Virus record (IMG/VR): IMGVR_UViG_3300037755_000222
Location: 1 to 45,973 of that record
DNA length: 45,973 bases
Reading direction: 5' to 3' (one strand)
Origin: a virus
Taxonomy: Duplodnaviria; Caudoviricetes
Below are positions 36,047-45,111 of this stretch, piece after piece. How positions within the stretch are numbered: position 1 is the first letter of the stretch; each line of letters begins with the position of its first letter. Both the position numbers and the translations under genes were made by a program. Below the pieces are notes generated by a model, which saw nothing but the letters and a program-made list of their open reading frames with translations, did no database searches and had not been told where the DNA came from.

Positions 36047-36384
36047 GCGGACACGGCCACGTCACCCCGAACGCCGATGGCAGCAAGGCCCGCTGCGGTG
36101 GTCCCGGCATCTGCGCGGAGTGTTCGCGCGAACTCGCCGCCAAGCAGATCGAGACGCCGACCATCAAGGTCCGCTACTCCTGCGATCTGTGCGGCCTGAA
36201 GGATATCGAGGTCGAGGTGCCGATGCGCGGAAACGAGGACGTGTTGCAATGGATGGATAACACGATCATCCACCTCGGGCAAGATCACATGCAGCGCAGC
36301 CCGCGATGCTTCCCTGATAAACTGGTGCGGGTTATGATTCCGATAACAGGTGCCGAAAAGATTGGGGGGCCGGCGGTACAATGA
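36043..36384 (+). CDS. Hypothetical Cys-rich protein
   Basis: GHGHVTPNADGSKARCGGPGICAEC. Confidence 0.65.
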   Translation: MSGHGHVTPNADGSKARCGGPGICAECSRELAAKQIETPTIKVRYSCDLCGLKDIEVEVPMRGNEDVLQWMDNTIIHLGQDHMQRSPRCFPDKLVRVMIPITGAEKIGGPAVQ

Positions 36385-36490
36385 TCGAGCAATTCATCAT
36401 GTTGTTCCTGATCGAAAGCGTGAGATGGCTGGCGCTGCTGTTTATTGTGGCAATAGTTCTTGTCGGACTGTATGCCGGGAGCCGTGAGAG

Positions 36491-36739
36491 ATGAAATTCA
36501 AACCCGGAGACCGGGCCAGAATCGTCAAGGCCAGACTGAAACCTGAATATGTCGGGACGGAATGCACGATTCTCAGTAAGTGGGAAACCTTCATGGATGG
36601 AGAGTGGTACTGGGTGAGAACCCATGACGGAAAGCGGGTATGTGGCCCGGATTACGCGCTGGAACCGATCTCACCGGCCCGTGAATGGTTCGACGAAAAC
36701 ATACAGATACCGCTGTGCGAGACGATGAGTAGCATATGA
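36491..36739 (+). CDS. Hypothetical SH3/KOW-like protein
   Basis: MKFKPGDRARIV. Confidence 0.6.
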   Translation: MKFKPGDRARIVKARLKPEYVGTECTILSKWETFMDGEWYWVRTHDGKRVCGPDYALEPISPAREWFDENIQIPLCETMSSI

Positions 36740-37392
36740 AGAAAACTCACCCACCCACCCCGCCGAAGAAATCCGATCCGAAACGGATGCTGTACTGCGA
36801 GGAGTACGTGGCGAACGGCGGAGACCAGACCAAGGCCGCGAAAACCATCTGGCCGCACCTGAAGCAGAACAGTGCCGAGGTGAAAGCCTCGAAGCTGATG
36901 CGCGATCCTCACATCATCACCCGCATCAAACAGATCAGTGACCGCATTCAGGCCATCGTCAAGCAGCGCGAAGCCGAGCAGGCCGTCATTCAGGCGCAGG
37001 CATGGGAGAACCGGCAGATCGACGTAATCCGCGGCCTCATGCGCGCCGCCTACACCCCGATCACCGAAGTCTGCCAATGGGATGACAACGGTATCCGGAT
37101 CAAACCCTCGAACGAGATCAGCCCGGACGCGGCTATGTCGATCCAGAAGATCAAGATGAAGCGCGTCACCGTGTCTGCGACCGAAAACAATCCTGAAATC
37201 AATACGATAACAACCGAAATCGCACAGGTGGATAAACTCAAGGCACTTGAGATGCTGGGCCAGAACCGCGGCATGTTCACGTATGACACGCCTACCGAAA
37301 AGCCTTATGCTGTGCTGATCCCGACGCGGCGTGCGCCGGGGCAACCCCTACTTACACCCGAGGAGAAGCGAAATGCGAAAGACGCTGCATGA
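36736..37392 (+). CDS. terS: Terminase small subunit
   Basis: YCEEYVANGGDQTKAA HTH, ASKLMRDPHI, DKLKALEMLGQNRGMF. Confidence 0.85.
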   Translation: MKKTHPPTPPKKSDPKRMLYCEEYVANGGDQTKAAKTIWPHLKQNSAEVKASKLMRDPHIITRIKQISDRIQAIVKQREAEQAVIQAQAWENRQIDVIRGLMRAAYTPITEVCQWDDNGIRIKPSNEISPDAAMSIQKIKMKRVTVSATENNPEINTITTEIAQVDKLKALEMLGQNRGMFTYDTPTEKPYAVLIPTRRAPGQPLLTPEEKRNAKDAA

Positions 37393-37879
37393 ATCAAGAC
37401 AAACAACCCGTGCGTGGCTGGTGATGCTGGTATTCATCGGCCTCTGTATCGCCATCAGTGCGTTCTCACAGCCGGTCAAGGCCGATCTCGGCATCAAAGC
37501 CGGATCGCATCTGGACGATGACGGCGGGCAGAGCATGATGCTGTTCGGTGATGTGAACGTGATGAACCAGAGCCTCGGCTGGTACGTGGCTCGAACTTAC
37601 GAGGGCAATGATCCCGAGAACATCCTGATCGGCGTGGACTACGGCTTCAAACCGTTCAGTGGCCCGATCAAGCTGAGTATCGGTCCCGCCTACGCGCAAG
37701 ACCCGCTGCGAGGGGAAGGGCAGAATACAAACCTTCATCTCGCGGCTGGATTCGATATCGGGAAGCACTTCACTATCTCGCTCGATCACTGGTCGAACTG
37801 TCGGCGTGTCTGCAATCACAACGTCGATACCAGCAAGAACCCGCCACGCAACATGCTCATGGGTGGCGTGAAGTTCTGA
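37373..37879 (+). CDS. PagL-like (lipid A 3-O-deacylase / acyloxyacyl hydrolase) outer-membrane beta-barrel (168 aa)
   Basis: Signal peptide ending in VKA; amphipathic strands; HWSN motif; NPPRN; C-terminal Phe. Confidence 0.7.
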   Translation: MRKTLHESRQTTRAWLVMLVFIGLCIAISAFSQPVKADLGIKAGSHLDDDGGQSMMLFGDVNVMNQSLGWYVARTYEGNDPENILIGVDYGFKPFSGPIKLSIGPAYAQDPLRGEGQNTNLHLAAGFDIGKHFTISLDHWSNCRRVCNHNVDTSKNPPRNMLMGGVKF

Positions 37880-37880
37880 T

Positions 37881-38209
37881 ATCCGTGCAAGGTACGGTCT
37901 AAGCATACCGACCGCAAATAGGAATGCCGCTCCGGTGGAGGAGGTCTCTATGAACAGCCAGAAACCGGACGTATGATGAGAAGTAGCAGGTGATGTGTCG
38001 TAGGGTGTCCATGAAGGCGGGTGTCGGCTGAAGTCCTTAACCGCGAAAGCGATAATGGAACGCTCGAAGTTTTAATCCGGCACAGACACATCACCTGTTG
38101 ATTACAGTTCCCGAAAGCGCGCTCACCCTTGACCGGGTATCCGGAGTAGCCGAACAACGGCCGCGAGGTTTCTGCAAGGCGAAACGTCGAGCGCGTGAGT
38201 AGGGTTTAT
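37881..38209 (+). ncRNA. Large structured ncRNA candidate abutting the tRNA
   Basis: 13-bp perfect helix 37987-37999/38085-38097; 8-bp helix 38117-38124/38189-38196; GNRA hairpins; pseudoknot 38024-38029/38148-38153; no credible ORF. Confidence 0.7.
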
Positions 38210-38283
38210 AGCGGGATAGTTCAACGGCAGAATGCCGGACTCATTATCCGGGTGTGATGGTTCGATTCCATCTCCCGCTTCCA
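38210..38283 (+). tRNA. tRNA with CAT anticodon (Met or Ile2), CCA encoded
   Basis: Cloverleaf: AGCGGGA/TCCCGCT, GTTC/GAAT, CCGGA-CTCATTA-TCCGG, GATGG-TTCGATT-CCATC, T-CCA. Confidence 0.9.
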
Positions 38284-38306
38284 CCTTTCAACCACAGGAG
38301 AGCATC

Positions 38307-38732
38307 ATGGGTGAGTACACCATTGTCATTGCAGGAATCGGAGAAACCAAGCAAGCGGTATTGTTGGCGGCGCAACTGGTACACGATCTGAAGCAAGCCG
38401 GCCAATCGATCAAGAGTGCCGTGTTAAACACCGACACCACCACCGACGATCTGGATGCGCTCACGCGACCGGGAAATCAGACGTTTATCCCAACTGGCGC
38501 TGGTGCCCCCATCGATGGAGAAGGGGAACCTAATCCGCAGATGAAGATTTTCAAGATCGAAGCGCAAGGCGATATTCTCACCACTACCGAGTACGTGCAG
38601 GCCGTTGATATTGCCGGCGCACTCGCGGCCTTTCATGAGGACTTGGGGCCGATCCCGGACGAACTGCTGACCGTCACGGAAGTCCCGGCCTTGCCGGAAG
38701 GCGAGGAATTGCTGAACCCGCTGGCGGCTTGA
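38307..38732 (+). CDS. Acidic hypothetical protein (141 aa)
   Basis: AGGAG RBS before ATG 38307. Confidence 0.65.
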   Translation: MGEYTIVIAGIGETKQAVLLAAQLVHDLKQAGQSIKSAVLNTDTTTDDLDALTRPGNQTFIPTGAGAPIDGEGEPNPQMKIFKIEAQGDILTTTEYVQAVDIAGALAAFHEDLGPIPDELLTVTEVPALPEGEELLNPLAA

Positions 38733-38744
38733 TCGAATGTTCTT

Positions 38745-38935
38745 GGGCGCACCGCACCTGTTGGCTCGGCTATGCGTCTGCTCCGTCAACGCCAAAAGCA
38801 AGACGGGGGACATCATCCTTCCGCACGGTCCACCAGCGGAAGATCGTAAGCCAACGGACGGGAAGGGATTCATGTAGAGCGTGGCCCTGCCGGCGGACCC
38901 GGTATCGTAACTCCTAGCGATACACAGGCCGGGGT
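38745..38935 (+). ncRNA. Structured intergenic RNA candidate
   Basis: Stems 38758-38766/38849-38857, 38781-38787/38802-38808, 38818-38824/38836-38842, 38898-38902/38929-38933. Confidence 0.5.
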
Positions 38936-38963
38936 ATCTTTTCAACCAACACGAGGACATCAC

Positions 38964-39254
38964 ATGAACGAAGGCGCAATGGCACAACAAGCAACACAGG
39001 AAGGCGAGATCAACATATTGCTCGTCAACATGGAGAACAGCCTTTCGGAACTGCGTTTGATTCGCCATCGTCTCACGCAGGTCTGTGAACGCATCTATGG
39101 ACCCAAGCCGTCCCCGGAGCAGGGAAATCAGGCAAAGCTTGCTGCCATCAAGACGGCAACCGTGGCAGAACGTCTCCGTGACTATGCCGGTATTACCGAA
39201 CGCTTGCACAATGAGATCAGGGAAACGCTGCGCGAGATCGAGAACTTCATCTGA
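38964..39254 (+). CDS. Hypothetical helical protein
   Basis: GAGGA RBS; 96 aa. Confidence 0.65.
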   Translation: MNEGAMAQQATQEGEINILLVNMENSLSELRLIRHRLTQVCERIYGPKPSPEQGNQAKLAAIKTATVAERLRDYAGITERLHNEIRETLREIENFI

Positions 39255-39472
39255 GGCACAAGCGCCACCGAGGAAAAAATTAGGGCTTCCAAAGAATAAA
39301 CATATAACGCCGTGGATTTACTGGGTAAACGGTAGGTTGATATGTTTATGTTGTTCCGCCCTTTGGCCCGGTATGCTTTTTGTGTACTCGCCTAGAAGTC
39401 GTCATCGCGCGGCACGCTGGATACGGGAACATCGGAAATGCGCTCCGTTCAAATCACCTTCCGGAGAAAGTA

Positions 39473-39763
39473 ATGCACAAACGTAACAAGATCACCATCG
39501 TCATCGAGGACGTGGACCCGGAAGCCGGAACGATCCGATACCAGTCCTCGTTTGACACCATGCCAGACATCGAGAAGGGACCGCAGACGCCGGCCGAACT
39601 GATCGCGGCGCGTGCCATGCACTTCCTCGTGACGCAAGCCATGTACGCGGACAAAAGCAACGATCCTTCGATCATCATGCCCGAGGACTATATCAACTCC
39701 GACATCAACTCTGCCGAGATGCTGGGCGAACTGGTGCGGATCAATGAGCGCAAACGCCACTGA
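39473..39763 (+). CDS. Hypothetical protein (96 aa)
   Basis: GGAG RBS before ATG 39473; overlaps the TerL start. Confidence 0.6.
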   Translation: MHKRNKITIVIEDVDPEAGTIRYQSSFDTMPDIEKGPQTPAELIAARAMHFLVTQAMYADKSNDPSIIMPEDYINSDINSAEMLGELVRINERKRH

Positions 39764-41237
39764 GATTCAGAGCCTCATCAATGAGGCCAAGGCATCGATC
39801 CCGGCGGATCAGCCCATCGCGTGGGAGCCAACCCCGAAGCAATACGAGTTCCTGACAGCCGGCGAGGACGAGACCCTGTACGGGGGAGCCGCGGGCGGTG
39901 GCAAGTCGGACGCGCTGGTGATCGATGCTTGCGGGCAAAGTTTTGGGGCGACCGAGTATCCCAAGTACCGCGCGGTCCTGTTCCGGCGCACGTTCGATGA
40001 ACTGTCTGAACTGATCGACCGATCCCGCCTGTACTACTCGAAGATATATCCCTCCGCCAAGTACAACGAATCGAAACATGAATGGGAATGGCCTAGCGGG
40101 GCCAAGGTCATCTTTCGTTTTTGCCGCCGGGAAGCGGACATCCTTGCTCACTGGGGACGTGAATACCAATATGTCGGCTGGGATGAACTGACCCAGCACC
40201 CGACCATGAAATCCTATGAGTTCATGCAGACCCGCACGCGTTCGACCGATACGACGATCCCGTGCCTCACGCGTGCCACCTGCAACCCGAACGGTCCCGG
40301 TCACACGTGGGTCAAGAAGCGTTTTCGTATCAGTCCGCTGGGTGATCCGAATTGCTTCATGGAGGAAGTCATGTTCCCGGACGGGCACAAGGAAAAGTTC
40401 TGGCGTTCATTCATCCCGGCCAAGCTGACCGACAACCCGCATCTCATGAAGGACCGGCGCTACATGGCGCGGCTGTTGCGCCTGCCGGATCGACTCAAGA
40501 AGGCGCTCCTCGAAGGGCGCTGGGATTTGACCGAGGGACAGTTTTTCAACCAGTTCGACTACAAGATTCACGTGGTCAAGCCGTTCCGGATTCCGCTCGA
40601 ATGGCCGCGCTGGCGCGCACTCGATTGGGGATATCGCCGCCCGTACTCGGTCGGTTATTACACGATGGACCCGGACAGCGGGAAGATTTACCGATACCGC
40701 GAGGTGTACGGCTACGGGGGAGAGCCGAACGTGGGATCGATGGAAACCGCCGGGGAGGTGGCGAAGAAACTCCTCAAGATTGAGAAGCCCGAGTTCTCGC
40801 AGGGCATCAAGTTCAAGCGCAACCCGGCGGATCGCTCCATCTGGATCGAGCAAGGCCACGGCAAGGAAATCTCGATAGGTGAAATCTTCTCGAAAAACGG
40901 GGTCCGCTGGATACCGGCCAGCCAAGGCCCGCGCTCGGTGGCCTCACGCTGCGCGCTGATGCAACAACTCCTTGCAGATCAGCTATTTTTCGTGTTTGAT
41001 TCGTGCGAACACTGGATCAGGACTGTCCCGGAGTTGCAGGTAGATGAGGACGATCCCGAGGTTTATGATACGGACATGGAGGATCACGCGGCTGACGAGA
41101 CCGGATACAGTCTGGTATCCCGTCATCAAGCCGAGGGCAAGGCGAAGCAGAAGGACGAGGGACCGAAACCCGGCACCTTCGACTACATGATCCGCCAGAC
41201 CGAAGAACCGAAGAAGAAACACCCGTACCGACTTTAG
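39744..41237 (+). CDS. terL: Terminase large subunit
   Basis: Walker A YGGAAGGGKS, Walker B VGWDE, ATCNP, nuclease ALDWG and EDHAADE. Confidence 0.95.
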   Translation: MSANATEIQSLINEAKASIPADQPIAWEPTPKQYEFLTAGEDETLYGGAAGGGKSDALVIDACGQSFGATEYPKYRAVLFRRTFDELSELIDRSRLYYSKIYPSAKYNESKHEWEWPSGAKVIFRFCRREADILAHWGREYQYVGWDELTQHPTMKSYEFMQTRTRSTDTTIPCLTRATCNPNGPGHTWVKKRFRISPLGDPNCFMEEVMFPDGHKEKFWRSFIPAKLTDNPHLMKDRRYMARLLRLPDRLKKALLEGRWDLTEGQFFNQFDYKIHVVKPFRIPLEWPRWRALDWGYRRPYSVGYYTMDPDSGKIYRYREVYGYGGEPNVGSMETAGEVAKKLLKIEKPEFSQGIKFKRNPADRSIWIEQGHGKEISIGEIFSKNGVRWIPASQGPRSVASRCALMQQLLADQLFFVFDSCEHWIRTVPELQVDEDDPEVYDTDMEDHAADETGYSLVSRHQAEGKAKQKDEGPKPGTFDYMIRQTEEPKKKHPYRL

Positions 41238-41329
41238 CGGCGGCGCTGGGAAAGCACAGGGGCGCGTCCCTGCATGAAATCGCGCCGGCTCACAGGGCCG
41301 GTCTCTGTGAAAATAGTGAGGGCATTATC

Positions 41330-41869
41330 ATGAAAAGCCAAAGTCTCGGAGCCGCCTCGTCCGCCGTCGCCGGCATTCTCATTACCGGCGGCACCAACGC
41401 CACCCCCATCGTCGCCACCATCACCGCCGGTCACGGCCTGAAGGACGGTGATCGTATCGCCATCGTCGGCGTCACGGGTCTCACGGCCATGAATGGTCTG
41501 TGGACCGTCAAGCGTGTGACCGACACGACCTATGAACTGGTTGGTTCCGTGGGCAACGGCGTGTTCGGTGGCACGGCAGTTGTCGCGGTCGTGTGCGACA
41601 AGACGCCGTTCATGCAGAATCATTCTGCGATGGTGCATATCGGGGATCGCCCCGGTGCCGCCGTGTTCGTCGGCACGGTGCAGATTCAGGGATGCAACGA
41701 GGACACCCTGACCACGTGGGTCGATGCCGTCGCCGCGCTGGGCGCTCCGCCGATCCCGGCCGCGACCGCGGGTATCAGCATGAATGTCGAGGTCAAGTTG
41801 TATAAGTACATGCGAATGCTCCCGACCGCGTACACCTCCGGTGGTGTCAACTGCCAGATGGCCGCGTAA
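41330..41869 (+). CDS. E1-FCCH-like beta-barrel domain protein (putative virion decoration)
   Basis: ITGGTNATPIVATITAGHGLKDGDRIAIVGVTGLTAMNG. Confidence 0.7.
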   Translation: MKSQSLGAASSAVAGILITGGTNATPIVATITAGHGLKDGDRIAIVGVTGLTAMNGLWTVKRVTDTTYELVGSVGNGVFGGTAVVAVVCDKTPFMQNHSAMVHIGDRPGAAVFVGTVQIQGCNEDTLTTWVDAVAALGAPPIPAATAGISMNVEVKLYKYMRMLPTAYTSGGVNCQMAA

Positions 41870-43966
41870 GTGGCCCGTAAGTCAGCCAAGAAAAACACCT
41901 CCGCCCCGGAAGGGGCGGAACGTGTTCGTGGTTCCGAGGGAGAGGAAATTCCGAAAGACGAAAAAGCCCTCGTCAAAGAATGGCGCAAGCGCATCAAGGC
42001 GCGTCTCACCTGTCAGGATTACGAACAGTTCCACAAAGCGATCCCGCAATGGCGCACCTATGCCCGCGGTCGCCAGCATTCCGAGGAACTGAGCAAGGAC
42101 GAACAGAAGAATCTCGTTCGCGCCAACCTCATCTATTCCACGATGGTCAATGCGGTGCCGCAAATCTACGCGCGCAACCCCGAGATCGATGTCGATCCCA
42201 CCGAGTCCGTCGAGCCGATCCGGTACGAGGCCATCAAGAAGTTCTGCACCACGCTTTCCATCGTCCTGAACAACCAGTTCTCCCAGTCACAGGCCAACCT
42301 CAAGGGCAAGGCCAAGGCGAACGTGATGAGCGCGCAAACCACGGCATGGGGAATCCTCAAGGTCATTTACCAGCGCGACATCGAGAAAGACCCGATCATC
42401 ATGGCGCGCATCGAGGATATTCAGGACAACATCCAGCACGTCGAAATGCTGATGAAGGATATCGAGGATGACATGCTGCGGGGCGAACAGGAAGCGAAGC
42501 GCGAAGAACTGAAGCATCAGTTGATGGCGCTGGAAGCCAAGGTCGAGGTCGTGCGGCAGGAAGGCATGGTCATCGACCGCGTGCTGTCCGAGAATTTGGT
42601 GATATCCGGCAACGTGCGCGAGATCGTATCGTATCCAGAATCGAACTGGATGGCCGAGCGTATCTACGGCCCGAAGGAGTGGTCGAAGAAGATGTTTGGT
42701 TTTTCTCCACACAAGGGCACTACCTACGTCAGACAGGGCGATTCCTACAAGGAAGGCCGGCAGAAGGAGGACGTGGAGGAGGAACTGTGTTTTTGGGAGA
42801 TATGGGACAAGACCACCAATACGATCTATACCCTGTGTGACGGGTATGACGGTTACATGCGGGAGCCGTACCACCCCGAGAAGCTGGGCGAACGCTGGTA
42901 TCCGTATTTTATTCTTGCTTTCAATCCGCTGGACGGCACGCTCATTCCGCTGTCCGATGTCGAACTGCTGCGCGAGTTGCAGGACGAGTACAACGAAACC
43001 CGGACCAACCTGCGTGAACATCGGCGCTGGTCGATCCCGCACTGGGTCGGCTTGAGTGGATCGGTATCGGAAAAAGACGCCAAGACTCTCCGCGATGCTC
43101 AACCGTTCGAGATTGCATTGATCGACGGTGATCCCGGACGCAAACTGCGCGACTACCTCGAAGTATTCGAGAACCCGGCCATCGATCCGCGCGTGTATGA
43201 CGTGCAACCGATCCGCGTGGACTGGGAACTGATCTCGGGTCAGCCGGACGCCGCCCGCGGCGTGGTCGCCAAGGCCAAGACGCTCGGAGAGGCCGAGTAT
43301 CTGCAACAGGGCATGGCGACACGCATGAACGACCGCGTGGACGTGAACGAGGACATGATGCAGCAGATCGCGCAGTACAGCGCCGAGATTCTGTTGCAGG
43401 AACTCACGGAGCAACAGGTACTCCGCATCACCGGACCCGGCGCTACGTGGCCGCAACTCACGAAGGACGAAACCTTCGACATGGTGCAGATCAGGATTCG
43501 CGCCGGCTCCACGGGCAAGCCTGACAAGCGGCTGGAACAAGAGGTATGGATGCAGTTTCTCAAACCCATCACCGAGGCCGTGATCCGGGTGCATGAGTTC
43601 CGCAAGGCCGGTGACACCGCCACGGCGGATTCCCTGATTAAGATCATGCAGGAGACCATGCGCCGCTTTGACGAGCGGCTGGACATCAATACGTTCTTCC
43701 CGGAGCAGGAGGAAGGTCAGATCGATCCGCAGCAGATGGCGATCATGGAGCAACAGCAAGAGGCCGCGCGCAAGCAACTCGAACTCATGGACGCGCAGAT
43801 TCTCGAACTCAAGAGCAAGGTATTGAAGAACGTGGCCGAGGCCGAAGCCAAGGAACTCGGCGCGCAATTCGATTTGTATCAGCAGCAGATTGAACGTCTG
43901 CAACAGGGGCTTGTGAGTCCGGCGGCACGCGCCTCTGCCACCGCATCGCCGGGGACATTACAGTGA
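41870..43966 (+). CDS. Portal protein
   Basis: 698 aa between TerL and scaffold; VPQIYARNPEI, FWEIWDK, KTLGEA, Q-rich C-terminal coiled coil. Confidence 0.9.
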   Translation: MARKSAKKNTSAPEGAERVRGSEGEEIPKDEKALVKEWRKRIKARLTCQDYEQFHKAIPQWRTYARGRQHSEELSKDEQKNLVRANLIYSTMVNAVPQIYARNPEIDVDPTESVEPIRYEAIKKFCTTLSIVLNNQFSQSQANLKGKAKANVMSAQTTAWGILKVIYQRDIEKDPIIMARIEDIQDNIQHVEMLMKDIEDDMLRGEQEAKREELKHQLMALEAKVEVVRQEGMVIDRVLSENLVISGNVREIVSYPESNWMAERIYGPKEWSKKMFGFSPHKGTTYVRQGDSYKEGRQKEDVEEELCFWEIWDKTTNTIYTLCDGYDGYMREPYHPEKLGERWYPYFILAFNPLDGTLIPLSDVELLRELQDEYNETRTNLREHRRWSIPHWVGLSGSVSEKDAKTLRDAQPFEIALIDGDPGRKLRDYLEVFENPAIDPRVYDVQPIRVDWELISGQPDAARGVVAKAKTLGEAEYLQQGMATRMNDRVDVNEDMMQQIAQYSAEILLQELTEQQVLRITGPGATWPQLTKDETFDMVQIRIRAGSTGKPDKRLEQEVWMQFLKPITEAVIRVHEFRKAGDTATADSLIKIMQETMRRFDERLDINTFFPEQEEGQIDPQQMAIMEQQQEAARKQLELMDAQILELKSKVLKNVAEAEAKELGAQFDLYQQQIERLQQGLVSPAARASATASPGTLQ

Positions 43967-43973
43967 GGCGCGC

Positions 43974-45104
43974 ATGAGTATTCAGGGACAAGACGATGAC
44001 GATGAAAAAAACGGCACTGGCTCGGAATCCGAGCATGAACAACCCGGTAACGATGAAGCCGCTGCGCCCGGAGTTGAAAAGGGAACTGCGGAGGCTCATC
44101 TTGAAGATGAAGCAGGAGGCGAAAAAAAACCAGACGGAGCAAAACCGGGCGCTGACAAACCTGCTGCGGACGGCAAGAAGAAAGGGGCAGAAGGTGAGCC
44201 TGAGTCCACGGAGCAGGCAATCCGCAAGGCGCTCGAACTTGAAAAACCTGATGAGAAAGGCGCAAAGAAAAAGGAAGTCGTAAAAGACGGGAAGAAGCCG
44301 GACGGGGAAAAGACACCCGAGGGCGAGAAGAAGGTCGAGAAGAAAATCGATCTCTACGCCGAACCCGAGGGGCTTCAGGAAAAATCCAAGGATCGTTTCC
44401 AAAAACTCGTCACGTCTCACAAGGAACAGGCCACGCAGATCGAAGGCATGGGGCAGACCATCGCCGGCTTCCGGGAAATGGTGAAATCCACGGGCGCGAC
44501 GGAACCGCAGTTTGTCGAAGCCCTCGATATGCTTACCCTGATCAACAAGAACCCCGCCGAGGCGGCAAAAAAACTCTATGAAGCCGCGGTCAATCTCGCG
44601 GTGCAACACAACGTCGAGATTGCGGGGGTGGATTTCCTGAAGGAATTCTCCGATCTGCAACAGCAGGTGGAAGATCGCCAGATCACCGCCGAGGCCGCGC
44701 GCGAGATCGCCAAAGGCCGGCGCGAGGAGAAGGCGCGCAAGGACAGAGAAGCCGAGGATGGCCGGCGCAACGAGTACCTGCGGGCGCAAAAGGAACAGCA
44801 ACAACAGGTCTTGACCAGTATCGAGACCTTTCTGGCCGAGCGCGAAACCAATGACATCGACTGGAAGGCCAAAGCTCCGATGCTGCTGAAAGCCGCTGAA
44901 TTCGCCCGGAAAACCCTGCCGCTGGGATCATGGCTTCCCTATCTGCAACAGCAGTACGAGCAGATCGGAGAAATAGTTGCAAAAGCCAATCCGCCTGCTA
45001 ATAATAGCGGTGGTAATCGCCCACTTCGCCCGAACGCCGGGGCGGGGGGGCAGGAACAACCCAAGGACATGCTCGGAGCAATCCGGCAGGGACTCGGGAT
45101 TTAA
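43974..45104 (+). CDS. Capsid scaffolding protein
   Basis: Acidic/charged disordered N-terminus and coiled coil; lies between portal and capsid. Confidence 0.8.
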   Translation: MSIQGQDDDDEKNGTGSESEHEQPGNDEAAAPGVEKGTAEAHLEDEAGGEKKPDGAKPGADKPAADGKKKGAEGEPESTEQAIRKALELEKPDEKGAKKKEVVKDGKKPDGEKTPEGEKKVEKKIDLYAEPEGLQEKSKDRFQKLVTSHKEQATQIEGMGQTIAGFREMVKSTGATEPQFVEALDMLTLINKNPAEAAKKLYEAAVNLAVQHNVEIAGVDFLKEFSDLQQQVEDRQITAEAAREIAKGRREEKARKDREAEDGRRNEYLRAQKEQQQQVLTSIETFLAERETNDIDWKAKAPMLLKAAEFARKTLPLGSWLPYLQQQYEQIGEIVAKANPPANNSGGNRPLRPNAGAGGQEQPKDMLGAIRQGLGI

Positions 45105-45111
45105 GACGCAA

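Noticed and set aside
39255-39486. Protein-like reading frame (CLCC...HRKC) lacking a nearby start; possible frameshift extension of 38964-39254
   Set aside because: No slippery site or RBS identifiable; cannot be distinguished from a gene remnant
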